This document shows, piece by piece, positions 1 through 12,200 of a stretch of DNA of 64,000 bases. Made by a program: the position numbers and the translations under genes. Under the pieces are notes generated by a model, which made no database searches, had not been told where the DNA came from, and saw only the letters and a program-made list of their open reading frames with translations. Source of the stretch: Selaginella moellendorffii (Eukaryota > Plantae > Lycopodiophyta); NCBI RefSeq assembly GCF_000143415.4, contig NW_003314319.1, positions 462,365 to 526,364 of the forward strand, written 5' to 3'. The stretch's first letter is position 1; each line of letters starts with the position of its first letter.

Positions 1-871
1 CATGTCCCTGCAAGAATAAAACCCTGAGAAAACTGCTTACAAAATTTCTCAAGTCAGCTTTACCGAATTGGCAGTCGAAGATGATTAAAATCGCCAACTT
101 CCTTGGCATGATCACGGATTTCAGAGATGTCGACGTTGAAGTACCTGCATAATACATCCGTGAGGACGCTAGAAGACTTAGCAGAGACAAAGAAAACAGA
201 GCCTACGCCATATCAGGATCTTGCTGGAGGTTGCACACCGTGGTAACATTCTCGTCTTTCTTTAGGCGATCAACATCTGCAGGATTCTGGAAAATTGTTG
301 CTATTGGCAACTCGAAAAGAAAAAAGAAAGATAAAGAGAACCTGTAAGCAGGAACCAACGATGAGATTCGGGAGAACACGATTGTAATTCATCCCCAGCT
401 CATGCCTATAAGTCAAGTCTGAAAGAATAACAAAAGTTCGTTCTTCGATCAGAAAAAAGCACCAGAGAAAAAAACAAGGCTTCATACCAGACTGTGTTAT
501 CTTCTGGAACACTGCACTATAATCATCAGCTTTCTTCGAGGTTTCCTCCTTTCCTTCTTCCTCGGAAGACTGCTTAGCTTGGAACCAAATGTGAGTTAAA
601 ACCACCAATGCATTTCCTCTCTAATCTCTAGAAACCTAGCTTACATGAGAGGCGGACACCACGAATCGCTGGGCAGAAGTCGAAGCGCGCTTACAGAGAG
701 TCCACATTCTTCCATCCCTTCGTGTTAACCTGATTCTGGATCGATCCAAGCGCCTACCAGTTGAGAAATTCTGAAACGCTATGAACTAGATCGAGCATAC
801 CTTTGATCGGAGAGCGCCCGGCGCTGGATTTGAAGAAACGCCAGGCGAGGGCACAGCGCCTCCGCCGCCAT
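1..871 (-). CDS. SEX4: Phosphoglucan phosphatase SEX4/DSP4-like, 5' portion (continues past the left edge)
   Basis: Spliced exons give a transit-peptide-like start (MAAEALCPRLAF..., ATG at 871), then DLTYRHELGMNYNRVLPNLIVGSCLQ / NPADVDRLKKDENVTTVCNLQQDPDMA / YFNVDISEIRDHAK. This matches the SEX4 signature TYRHELGMNY..LIVGSCLQ..LQQDPD. The exact 5' exon structure is inferred. Confidence 0.85.
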
Positions 872-1276
872 AGCGTGATTTTCCACAACGAACACGAGAT
901 GCCACGTGACAAATAAAATTTCTAGGCCTAGGGCTACATTTGCCTCCAAACATAATGTTTGAATTTGGAGTGATGAGTTTCCTTGTGTAAAGTGTCAATA
1001 CTTAGCACTGCAAATGCCAACGAGCGGCATTCCAACGAATCAAAAGAATACGCTCACCTTGGTCTCTCAATCGTTATTGGATCGTGTTTTATGTCTCTCT
1101 CCTCGATTTGTAAGCGTTGAAGAGCTTTTCTTCTCTACATTTTCTACTTTGGCATCGAACGTTTGTTGTTCCGGTTCTTCCCTACGCAATTCTGTTGATC
1201 AAACATTATAATCTCGTTTTCCAGATGAAATCGTCGACTAACCTTTGTCTTAAACTCGGTCCGGTTGCCAGCGACA

Positions 1277-2697
1277 TCACAGCGCAGCGATGCACTCGAT
1301 TTCAATACGGGCATTTAAAGGCAAGGCAGCTACTTGATACGTGGATCGTGCAGGAGCTGGAGCTGGAAAATCTGCACAAGCCGCACGGTATCTCACTGGA
1401 ATTAATTTCCCCCTGGAGGAAGCCAAGAGAGCAAAGTAAAGCAAGAGGGAAAAGGAGCTCACTTACATCTGGCATAAATCTCATTCACTGCCTTGAAGTC
1501 CGCAAGATCAGCCAGCCTAGGAATTCGAAAGTTGACATCAGAAAGCGTCTAGCTAGCCAGCTGATGAATGACACACAACCAAAGCAGAAACAGCGATGGA
1601 TAAATGGCATAGCGACAGGGAAATGGGAAGCCAAGCATCGATCGGAAGAGAGAGGACACCCTTACATGATAGTTGTCTTCACCACAGACTTGTAGCTAAC
1701 ACCGGCAGCTTTCAGAATCTCACCCATGTTCTTGAGTACCTGCACAGAAAAGAAAGGAGAAACGATAGAGGAATCAAAACGCCCTGCCCGAAAACTACAA
1801 CACAATAACACACCCTACCTGTTCGGTCTGTCCTTCGACACTGTCAGAAACAAATTTTCCAGTCTGTAAAGGGAGGCGAGATCGCTGGTTAATGAAGTGA
1901 AAGTTCCCGACTCATGACGTGACACGAACGTACTTAGAGAGCGAGCATGGAAAGCAGAAGCACAGGAAAACGAAGAGGGCAATTTACATGCAATGCAATG
2001 CGATCCCATGAAACAAAACAATGGAATCCCATGAAACAAAGCACTGCATTGCTTGCTCAATCAATCATTCACCTTTGAACTGACAAGCCACTCTTCCTTT
2101 TTTCAATCGATGACATTCATGCTCCATCAGTAGAGGAGTGGAAAAAAACAAAGGAAAAAGCTTTGGAAAAGCTGAGCATACCTCGGGAATGAGCCCCAGT
2201 ACACCTGACACGAACACGAGATTGTTGGCCTTGATTGCTTGTGAGTAAGGTCCAAGAGCAGCTGGAGCTCGCTCTGTCACAACGGCCTCCTTTTCCTTCT
2301 CTACACAAACAAACACACATTTTACAAGCATTTGATTCCTTCTCGGAAAGAAAAAGAAAGAGAGGAGAACGATGCAAAGAATCCAAAAAAAAAAAAGAGG
2401 AGATCTCTTCGCATGCTGCCTCTGATCTCTAATCAGGGCCAAGAATTGCTGCCAATGCGGAAGCGGCACGGCTATGGCGAGCACGCACGCGATCTAAGCA
2501 TATAATCTACGAAATCTGCGCTCCCTGGAAAACGACTTACTTGAAATCTCCGCCATGCCCTGGGCTGCCGCGCTGGTAGATGCGAGCCGGGCCATCCGCC
2601 TGACGCGCCGGGAGCTGCTGCCGCCGCACTTGAGATACCCCGTGGCGATCGCCGGGGGAGCTGCCGCGCAGTGAATGCGCATGAGCAACCCTGCCAT
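1277..2697 (-). CDS. RidA: RidA/YjgF (reactive intermediate deaminase) with a transit-peptide-like N-terminus, about 6 exons
   Basis: Exons read APAALGPYSQAIKANNLVFVSGVLG, GKFVSDSVEGQTEQ, VLKNMGEILKAAG..VVKTTIM, LADLADFKAVNEIYA and PAPARSTYQVAALPLNARIEIECIA. Conserved Arg and Glu present; GT-AG introns. Confidence 0.93.
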
Positions 2698-2916
2698 GGC
2701 GATGGCGCCACCAAAAAACTCAAGAACCCTAAAACCCCGGGCGGGGAATATTCCACTCCTTTAAGAAAGAACACTACCGCTAACAAGTAAAACTTTTGCT
2801 GGGCGAACAAAACTGCTTTCGCTGTCTTCCCTGTCCTGTGAAAACGAACGAACCAAAACGAATTTCCTTTGTCCCTTTCCTCGCTCTCTTTTATAGAAGC
2901 TCTCCCACTTTTCCTC

Positions 2917-4329
2917 TCATTTGAGGAATCTCCAGAACCAGCTTAGCATGTCCTGGTGGGCTTCCTCGGCCTGGGCCACGGCCCTCGAGTTGGTCACGTC
3001 GTACCTCACAGTCCAGCCGTGAGACGCTCCCGGAAAGAATTTGATAAAGCTCTCCACCTGAGAGAAGGCAAAAGGTGTTAGCAAAACCAAAAGCTTCCAT
3101 CCGGTTACGTTGGCTCCAAGCACCACAGAGCAGCGGCAATGACGCACACAACCTTGAAAACACGACAAACGCAAGCAAGCGAAAAACGCAAAAAGGCGAA
3201 TTGTCAAAGCGAACCTCAGCACGACTCGCAAGGATTGCACGCGATTCCTCGATCACCGCGGCGGGTGTTCGCTGATCTACTTCCGCAGCGAGGATCGCCA
3301 CGGGCGCACGAATCTCTGCACGAAAAGCTTGGGTGAATCTCCGAACAGCGAGACTGAAATCAAAAGCTTTGTCGCACCTCGCATATCGTCTACCGTCACA
3401 AAGGAGGGATGCAGCAGCACGACTGCCCGCACACTGTCCTCCCTTCCCATCAAGGCTGCTACTTTAGCTGCAAACTCACAGAAGAGATATTAGTGCTCGG
3501 TACTGCTACTCCACTGCCAAAATAAATTGATGGAAACATTTCGATTTAACTTACCGCCCCAGCAGAAGCCAGCGATTCCAATCGAAGTGATACCTTTCGA
3601 CTTTAGCAGTGCCACAATCTTCTTGCACTGTTGTATGGACTTTGGCTGCAGAAGGCAGAGAGAAAGCTCCGATAAGAAACAGATGAGAGTTTCATACGAA
3701 AACTTAAAAGTTACCGGTTCATGGTTCTTGATCCACGCAGGGAATGTTGCATAGGGACTTCCACTCTCGGCAGGCTTGAATGGATCATTGTTTAAAAGGT
3801 CTGGAACTACAACCAGGTAGCCAGCAGCAGCAACCTTGTCCGCTAGTTTCCTGTATCCCAGAAACAAAAAAGCTCAGTGAATTTTCCAAAGCTCGAGCGC
3901 ATGAAAGATTGGCGCGTGAGAGCAGTGCAAAACCCACCTCAACAGTGGACTGCTCCATCCTAGCAAGAGAGCAAATATTAGCCTCTCGAAGCACAAGAAA
4001 TGAAAAGAAAGATAAAAGAAGAACAGGGACTCGATCAAAGCGATTGTGCGAAGGAAAATTTCAAGTGACGAGAGCGATGCTACACGCGAACAGTGAATGG
4101 CAATGCAATGGATCACCAGCATTCTTGCTGGCGGTAGAATTGGTGGAGCTGGGGGAGAGAATTGGAGGGGAGGAGAGCAAGAAATTTGCGTACCGAATAT
4201 ATCCGACACCAAGATCACCGCCTCGGTAGCGCCTTGCGCGCCGTTGGTGTAGGCTCGCACGCCCAGGCTCTCCGCGCTGTTGTCGAAGAAATGCGACGCC
4301 GGAGGAACGCAGCAATCTCCCGCGGCCAT
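2917..4329 (-). CDS. Dienelactone hydrolase-family alpha/beta hydrolase (plant endo-1,3;1,4-beta-glucanase-like annotation)
   Basis: AVILVSDIFG, RKLADKVAAAGYLVVVPDL, nucleophile motif GFCWG, AAEVD and SHGWTVRY (Cys-Asp-His triad), spread over short exons. Confidence 0.9.
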
Positions 4330-4711
4330 GATATTTCCTCGATTGATTCCCCCGATTCGCAAGAAAGAGATCTATAGCTACGCCGCGACGATCGAGCGAT
4401 CCGTTAAGGGCGCGCTCGATCTTGAGCGCCTAGGGCCGCGGCTTTGATCCTCCCTCCCACTAGCGCCACAAGATTTTTCTAGGGCGCCTACGGACAGCAC
4501 ACCAGTGATCTTCCTTCACGCTTCGAGAGGGAAGCGAAGAGGAAGATGCGAAGGAGGAGAGAGGAATAAAAAGAGAGAAAAAAAAAGCTTAAAAAGGGGG
4601 GTTTTGGCGAAGTACCGAGAGCTTTACTGTGCCGCCTAATTGTGGAAATTCCATCATATTTAAACGCGAATACCATTTCCACAAACGGCAGGATAAATAC
4701 CACCTGCTGTC

Positions 4712-4832
4712 CACGTGCCGGCGTACGAGCCCCACGATCCCCGCATCGGACGGCACGGCTGGGGAGCCTAGGGTTTACCGCTCCGCCGTAAATACATCCG
4801 TGGTGAAGAAGGTTTCACCTCACCACGTGGCG
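4712..4832. promoter_or_regulatory. Two G-box/ABRE elements (CACGTG at 4712 and 4824) in the divergent DLH/LEA_2 promoter
   Basis: CCACGTGCC and CCACGTGGC are seen directly; function is inferred. Confidence 0.4.
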
Positions 4833-5358
4833 GCACGCGATTGCCATGCGGTTTGAAAATGCCCCGTACCTGGTTGCGGGGATGGCGTGCCCGGTTCGAT
4901 TCCTTTGGCGCGCAGTTTCCTCATTCTGTTTATAACATGGTGGGTCTTTTCGTGACGATCTTGGGTTCCTAGATTACACGACGAGACGACGCCAACATTG
5001 TAAGTTAAATGTGCCAGCCAGCCGCGGTCCAGCCGAATTCCAGGCGCCAGGCGAGGCCAGCCTTTTTCCATCCATCAATCCTCCCACGATAAAAATGTCT
5101 TTCTTTTTCCTTCTCGTTTTCGCCAATCCAATCCAATCCAATCCATTCCAGTCGCCATCGCTTTCTCGTTCGCCTTGGCCGGGCTTTTTCTTCCATCATT
5201 CCCGAATCCCCACATGAGTGTTATAAGTCGAGTGATGGTAAATCTATCCACTCCGAAGTTATCCAGGCGGAAAGCGCGGGTAAAAGTTTTAAATTTTTTG
5301 AAAAGGGAGCTTTAGGGCTTGCTGGGAAATTAGGGCTCTTCAGGGAATTCTAGGGTTT

Positions 5359-6150
5359 ATGGGCGCTATGACGAAAGAGGAGGGCAGAGGCGAGGCGATC
5401 GGCTACCCGGTCGTGCACCATCACTACTACGCGCCGCTAGATGATCGCCCTCCGGTTCTCGAGTCCAGTAAGACGAAGAGCTGCGCTTTCCAGTGCTTCG
5501 CAGTCCTGTATCCGATCATTCTCGTGTTGGGCTTCACGGCGTTTATGCTGTGGCCGAGCGATGTGAAGATCGAGGTGCACAAGACGGAGCTTGTGAGCAT
5601 GTCTTGGGACAGCCTCAAGAGGGCGATCGTTGAGCAGCAGCAGCGGTCCAACGATTTGGGGCTGGATTTGGATTTGAAGTTCCAAGTCCAATTGCTTGTG
5701 AGGAATCCCAATTACTTTGGTGTGCGCTACGACAGGATTGTGGTGGAGCTCGGGTACCGGGGCGATAAGCTCGGCCGGGTGGTCTTGGAAGGCGGCGAGA
5801 TCCCAGCGCTGAAAGTTGTCACCGTGGATGGGGTGATGGATCTCAAAGGCATGAGAGTGTTTGTGAATGCCGGGAGTTTACTCTTGGATATCGCCAGGGG
5901 GAGATTGCCTCTAGAGACGGACATGAACTTTTCCGGGAATTTGGAGTTTTTGCTCGTCCACCCTCACTTAGAGGTAAAAAATCTTGCTTTTTTTCCTAAA
6001 TCATGTTCTTCCTTGTAGGCGAAACTTAGTTGCGAAATCGTTGTCAACCCGGGAACCAACGAGATCATGGAAAAATCCTGTCTACTTGCTGTAAGCTTAA
6101 ATTGTTTTCTTTTGTTGCCATAATTGGGATTATTTTTCTGGCAGGAATGA
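5359..6150 (+). CDS. LEA_2 / NDR1-HIN1-like membrane-anchored protein, 3 exons
   Basis: N-terminal TM helix (AVLYPIILVLGFTAFMLWPSD), then VRNPNYFGVRYD..LGYRG. Intron at 5974-6018, a second short intron, and stop at 6148-6150. Confidence 0.88.
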
Positions 6151-6224
6151 TCGAACCACGAATACGCGTCGTCGACTTGCTATGTACAAAGCGCGCAGAT
6201 AATTAAGCTTTTATTTCTCGTTTT

Positions 6225-8993
6225 CTAAGCGAAGGCGTTCGCCTCTTCGCCTCTTCGCCCGCTTAGCTCATCCGTGTCATCGCATGCGATTAAATAGCTC
6301 CCTGGAAGATCGAATTCCAGCTCCTTGTTGTCCAGTTGCTTAGTAATAAATCCCCGGATTCTATATTGCTCAGGCACTGACACGTCTTTGGAGCCCACCT
6401 TTTGAAACTCCCAGCCATCGTTGACAACTCTGATCGAGTGGATCTCGACCTGGCACAAGAAGCCAAAGAAAAAACGAGTAATAAAATCAAGTTTTCACGA
6501 GAGTTAACATACCTCAGAGTGCTTGCTCGCGTCAATGACAAGAGCACCGTCCAGGTAGAGGTCCTTGAACGAGACATTCACGCCTCGAATGACTAGAGTG
6601 GATCTTTGCGTGATCTCGCAAGAACCAGAGATCTTTCTTTTCACGTCCGAGGACGTAAGCCCCCAGCTCGGACTCCACACCACTCGCGGCCACACCTCCA
6701 CCTCTTGCCCGTTGAAAGTCTCGATGGTGGGGCTCCCAATCTTCACGCCAGCCTGAGGAGTAAACATTGGAGATATAGAAAAACTAGAGGAAAGAAATAA
6801 TCAAAGACCTTCTTCAAGATGAGGCTGTTGGCTTTGTAGATTGCCATTTCGCCAGTCGTTGCACTGTGTCTAGGATTTCCTTCGGGAACCTGCGAGTCTT
6901 ACAAATCTAAATCCCTGTAAACGAATTGAAAAAAATGGATACCTTTGCAGCATCGTCCGGGTTGTTCTTCACGGGTGCATATGCCAGCCATGTATCCATA
7001 ACCTGTACACGAGAAAGTAATGTAGACGAAATACAAAAGAGGTGACAAAAGTTACCGTGAAGCCAACTTTTGCCGAAGGCGACAATGTTCTTGGATAGTC
7101 TTGCATCATGCACTCGAGCCTCGTAGAGGATTTAAATTCTTCCCTGCCCGCATCTTTGTATCTGTTGTTTCGGAGATCTGTTTGAGCACGAAACAAAATC
7201 CTGCACTAAATGCATGAACGTACTTTGGATTGACAAACTCAACGATGGCGCCGTTTGTCTTGGTGAGCTCCTCCAAATAAGAGTCGAGCTTTAACACGAG
7301 CTGTTATGTGCGTGATTAGATCGGCTGGAAATTCCTCGACGACGTAAAAGTTACCTGGTTGATGTTTCCTGGATACGGAGAGTATCCAGTCTCGTCNNNN
7401 NNNNNNNNNNNNNNNNNNNNNNNNNNNNNNNNNNNNNNNNNNNNNNNNNNNNNNNNNNNNNNNNNNNNNNNNNNNNNNNNNNNNNNNNNNNNNNNNNNNN
7501 NNNNNNNNNNNNNNNNNNNNNNNNNNNNNNNNNNNNNNNNNNGCCGAGCTATTCCTCCGATTGGCTCTTTTGCCTTACGTGGAACAGCCAAAGAATTTAC
7601 GTCCAGGTCATTTGTAACACTGACGCCTAATGACGCAGGTATTGCCTATGTCATCTCAAGATTGAGCCGCTTTGTCGAATAAAAACAAAGAGAGTTACCT
7701 TGAACAGCAGTCCGTTTGTGTCCTGGAAAAATATAAGCCACTTGACTCCGGACAGTTTCCTTCCAAGAAGATTTTTTCAAGTCACGCACTATGAGACAGA
7801 CCTTTACTTACCATCTGGAAAGAATGCCGCTTGAGCAAAGAACAGCATGTACGTCTCCGTGGCCGTGCGGCTTCGTCTACAGAAAAAAAAACAAAGCTTT
7901 AGCACGTTTTCGAAGAAAAGAAGGAGCTAGAGTCGTGGCGTACTTGGATAGAATACTTGTCAGAAGGATTCCGAGCTAATCTAGCAAAATTATCGGCCAA
8001 GCACGCGACTTTCTCCTGCAAAAGGAAGCATGAGTTTGACGACGCTACGTCTCTCGACGTGCTTCTACCTGTTTCAGAAGAGTTACTTGGCTTGGATTCA
8101 TTCCAAAGAAATTGTTTTCCTTGAGAAGCTTTTCAGTCATTGCGTGAGTGTCGTCGGATGTCATAATTACAAAGGGAATTGGACCTGAAGGAAAAGCAAC
8201 AGCTCAAATGGTCCCGAAAGTTAGGAAATCACGTACGTGTAGCGGAGGAAAATTCCTGTAGCGCCAAAATGTTCTTGATGTAGAGTTCCAAAAAGCAAGT
8301 TCCTGTAGTTGTTTCGGAAGGTAATGCTACCTGCAGGGAAAATACAATCAGAAATCCAACTTCTTTTTTATTTTCTTGCATTTTTCCTTTGTATTTTTTA
8401 TTTTTCCACTGTACCTTGATTCCAGTATAGCCTAGACGCTCACCAAGTCCACCGGCAACTAACACGAACGCTGCGTTAGACGCTGCCTTAACACCGGCCT
8501 CTTCGAAACGAACAAAGCGTTCGTCTCCATAGTAAAGACGCTCGCCAGAAGGAACCTTATGACAACATAAGAATTCTCCATCAACACCGAGACGAGAGAA
8601 AGGAAATTAAAGGAAAACTTTCTTACCGATGGCACATAGCCATCGAAAGGATTTCTACCGGCTTTAGAATCCGCCAGTAGCTTTCGAGCATTGTCAATGT
8701 ATGCCACTAATCCGCCTGGATAGTTCGCGTCTAGCTTCTTCACCTACAATTCAGTAGAAAGATAAATCAAACCACGTCAATTCAATCATCCAATGTGGTA
8801 CCTGATTGAAAAATCTCGCTTTGTCATCGTCGCCGATTCCCGGCTCTGGCCAACCCTCGAAAAGATGCTCCTGGCCGTGATCTAGTAGAGTCTGTGCTAG
8901 CGTTTCCTGGAGATCCACCGAAATTAAGCTTGAATCTAGCTACCTGAGCTCCTCCTTACCATGGCAGCGTCGCAATCTCGAGGAAGAACCCAT
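6225..8993 (-). CDS. USP: UDP-sugar pyrophosphorylase, multi-exon, with an N gap inside
   Basis: [76 protein letters not shown] and PVKN motifs. Confidence 0.95.
7397..7542. other. Assembly gap (146 N) within USP
   Basis: Run of N characters. Confidence 1.
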
Positions 8994-9089
8994 TGTGCTT
9001 GCAACACCATCTGGAAACGATGAGTTGCCCTAGGAAAATACTTGAAAAATAGTCATCTGGAAAACCTTTACAAATAAATAGTAAGTATG

Positions 9090-9095
9090 AAAAAA
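9090..9095 (-). terminator. Pol III oligo-T terminator (T6) just after tRNA-Ser
   Basis: aaaaaa on the plus strand, 3 nt past the tRNA 3' end. Confidence 0.75.
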
Positions 9096-9098
9096 GGA

Positions 9099-9180
9099 CG
9101 TTGCTTGAGAGATTCGAACTCTCGCGGGAAAATCCCATGTACTTAGCAGGCACACGCCTTAACCACTCGGCCAAAGCAAC
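9099..9180 (-). tRNA. trnS-GCT: tRNA-Ser (anticodon GCT), 82 nt, long variable arm
   Basis: Minus strand GTTGCTTTGGCCGAGTGGTTAAGGCGTGTGCCTGCTAAGTACATGGGATTTTCCCGCGAGAGTTCGAATCTCTCAAGCAACG. Paired acceptor stem, A and B boxes, G discriminator. Confidence 0.97.
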
Positions 9181-9196
9181 TTAACTGTTAATTAGT

Positions 9197-9248
9197 GCCA
9201 CGTGTCAAAGATTTAGCTAGAGCCCTAAACCCTTTATATTTTTCCCGC
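9197..9248 (+). promoter_or_regulatory. Pol epsilon proximal promoter: G-box (GCCACGTGTC), telo-box-like CCCTAAACCCT and E2F site TTTCCCGC (9241-9248)
   Basis: Motifs seen directly. E2F control of replication genes is established; use of these particular sites is inferred. Confidence 0.6.
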
Positions 9249-9270
9249 GCATTCTTCTTTGCGCCGAGCT

Positions 9271-12200
9271 ATGGCGTCTCGAGGGCGCAGGCCCGGAATG
9301 TGGCATGGGGCGCGGGGACGGGGCCCCGAGAGCTCTCGCAGGCCCGGAATGTGGCATGGGGCGCGGGGACGGGGCCCCGAGAGCTCTCGCGATGGCGAAA
9401 GGGGCAGCAGAGGTAAGGGCAGAGGCGGTCGGGGCGGTCGCAGATCTAGGGTTTTTCGAGGAAATGACGATGATCTGGAGGAGAAGTTTGGGTTTGGATT
9501 GTTCACGGAAGGAGATCCAAAGCTTGGATGGCTTCTCAACATGTCGCCGGTAATGTAGCGTTTTGCTTAGTTGGCTCATCTGAATTTTGGGTTTTTCTTC
9601 TTCAGTCGTCATTCCAGGACGAGGAATGTGGCAATCAGACTTTCAGCTGTGTAAATCTGTGCTTTCTGTGCCAGGTCAGGATTCTTCCCTGTTTGTTTCT
9701 TTTTCTTTCTCGCCTTGGATTAGTTTTCGCTGCAATTTATTCGTATGCAGGATGGGTCGGGTTTTAAAACCCGTGTGAAGTTTGCTCCATATTTCTACAT
9801 AGGAGCGAAGGTAAGCTCATATATGTCCTTTAATACTTCGCTTACAGCTCGTTTTGTTTTGCCAGATTGGTATGGAACTTGAACTAGAGTCGTATATTCG
9901 GAGGCGTTTTGAGGGACTCATCTCAAACACGAAAATAGTCGAAAAGGAAGATCTTGACCTGGTAAAAGTTTCAACTTGCTAAGGAAATATTTCACATATG
10001 TTGCACGTTCGCTACAGAAAAATCACCTTTCTGGACTGCGCAAGCGATTTATTAAAATCAGCTTCAACACAGTCCAAGATCTCATGCAAGTAAAAAGCGA
10101 CCTGATGCCAATCGTGGCTCGCAATCAAGCGAAGCTGGAGGCGGTCGAAGCTTATGAATCTGTACTGTACGGGCTAAGGTATGCTGCCTGATATTTTTTG
10201 AATTGCTGCGGGAGAATTCTTTGCTATTTAACGTGGGATGCTTTGCAGCACAGAGAAGCAAAACAAATCGAAAGTTTATGACTACAATGAATGCATTGTA
10301 GATATACGCGAGTTTGATGTTCCGTATCATGTCCGCTTCGCAATAGACAATGGTAAAGTTTATTATCTCGTTTCTTTATTGAAACCTGCCCAGATGTCAG
10401 ATGTGGAGAATGGTACGTCGTAACCGTAGACGCAGCAAGGACAAAGTTGGAAAAACGGCCCGATCTCCTTCAGCGAGCTGAGGCTCGCGTATGTGCTTTT
10501 GATATTGAAGCAACCAAACTTCCGTTGAAGTTTCCAGATGCATCTTATGATAGTGTGATGATGATATCGTATATGGTCGATAGCCAGGGCTATCTGATTA
10601 TCAACAGAGAGGTAACTTGCTAAGTTGCTCATGATGCCGTCTTCTGAACATTTTTTGGCAGTGTGTAAGTGAAGACATAGACGACATTGAATATACTCCT
10701 AAGCCAGAGTTTGAAGGACATTTTAAGGTTCGAAATGCAGCCTCGGAGGTATGTATTTTGATTATTAGACGTGCACTTGACTCACAACTTCTTTCTGTTG
10801 CAGAAAGAACTTCTAGAGTGGTGGTTCGACCATATGCGTGAAATTAAACCGAACATCTTTGTTACCTACAACGGAGACTTCTTTGACTGGCCTTTTATTG
10901 AAGAGCGGGCCAAACATCATGGATTAAGCATGCGCGACGTATGTTTGCAAAAAAAATTTAAATTTCCTGACATGTTTTCTTGCAGAAACTCGGCTTTTCC
11001 TGTGATTCAGCGCAGGGAGAGTGTTTAAGTAAATTCGCTTGTCACTTAGATTGCTTCGCTTGGGTTAAACGTGACAGCTACCTTCCACAGGGCAGCCAAG
11101 GTCTTAAGGTCTTCTAAATTTCTTTATAACTATCAATTTCTTATGTTCTCTGCTTTCAGGCTGTGACGAAGGCGAAGCTTGGATATGATCCTCTGGAAGT
11201 CAATCCAGAAGACATGGTTCGTTTCGCTAGCGAACAACCTCAGGTGCGTACATTGTACTTGTGCAAAAGAAACGATCTGATCTCTGTTGCAGAAAATGGC
11301 AGCTTATTCCGTCTCAGACGCCGTCGCGACGTATTATCTTTACATGACATACGTTAATCCGTTTATCTTCTCTCTTGCCACTATCATACCTATGTCTCCG
11401 GACGAAGTGTTACGAAAGGGTAGTGGAACTTTGTGTGAAATGCTTCTTATGGTTCAGGTATGAGCTTTGAGTACAGCGTCAAATATTTAGTTTACACTTT
11501 TTTCCTCAGGCATTTAAAGGAAACATTATCTGCCCGAACAAACACAAGTCAGAACCGGAACGGTTTTACAGTGGTAGACTTCTGGATAGCGAGACATACA
11601 TTGGAGGCCATGTCGAATGCCTTGAGAGTGGTGTTTTTCGTTCGGATCTTCCTACTAGATTTCGACTCGTGCCCGAGGCATACCAAGTCAGTAGTTTTAC
11701 TTTCTTTGTCGTGAACATGTTGCTAATCTTTGTGGTACAGAAGCTGGTAGACAACCTGGATCGCGACCTTTTGTATGCCATAGAGAAAGAAGGGAAGATG
11801 AATGCTCAGGAAGTGACCAACTATGACGAGGTTAAGAAAGAAATAAAGTCAATGGTGGGTATTCCTTTCTTTGGCAGTTTATATTGTCTGCATTTTTGCA
11901 GCTTGAAAATCTACGGGATGTACCCAACAGGGAAGAGCAGCCTGTAATATATCACTTGGACGTGGCGGCCATGTATCCTAATATTATACTGACTAATCGC
12001 CTTCAGGTCAGTATTAAATTTCATCTCTGTTCTCAGTGTTCTCAGTGTCCCGTGTTGTTTATCCACAGCCGCCTTCAATTGTAACTGATGAAACATGCGC
12101 GGCCTGCGATTTTAATCGAGCCGAAAAAACGTGTTTGCGTCCTATGCAATGGGTTTGGAGAGGCGAATCCTTTATGACCAAGAGAAGGTAGTTTGTCTCT

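Noticed and set aside
4893-4903. B-box-like GGTTCGATTCC suggesting a tRNA
   Set aside because: No A box, anticodon arm or paired acceptor stem.
8956-9174. ORF MAEWLRRVPAKYMG...
   Set aside because: It is the conceptual translation of the tRNA-Ser gene.
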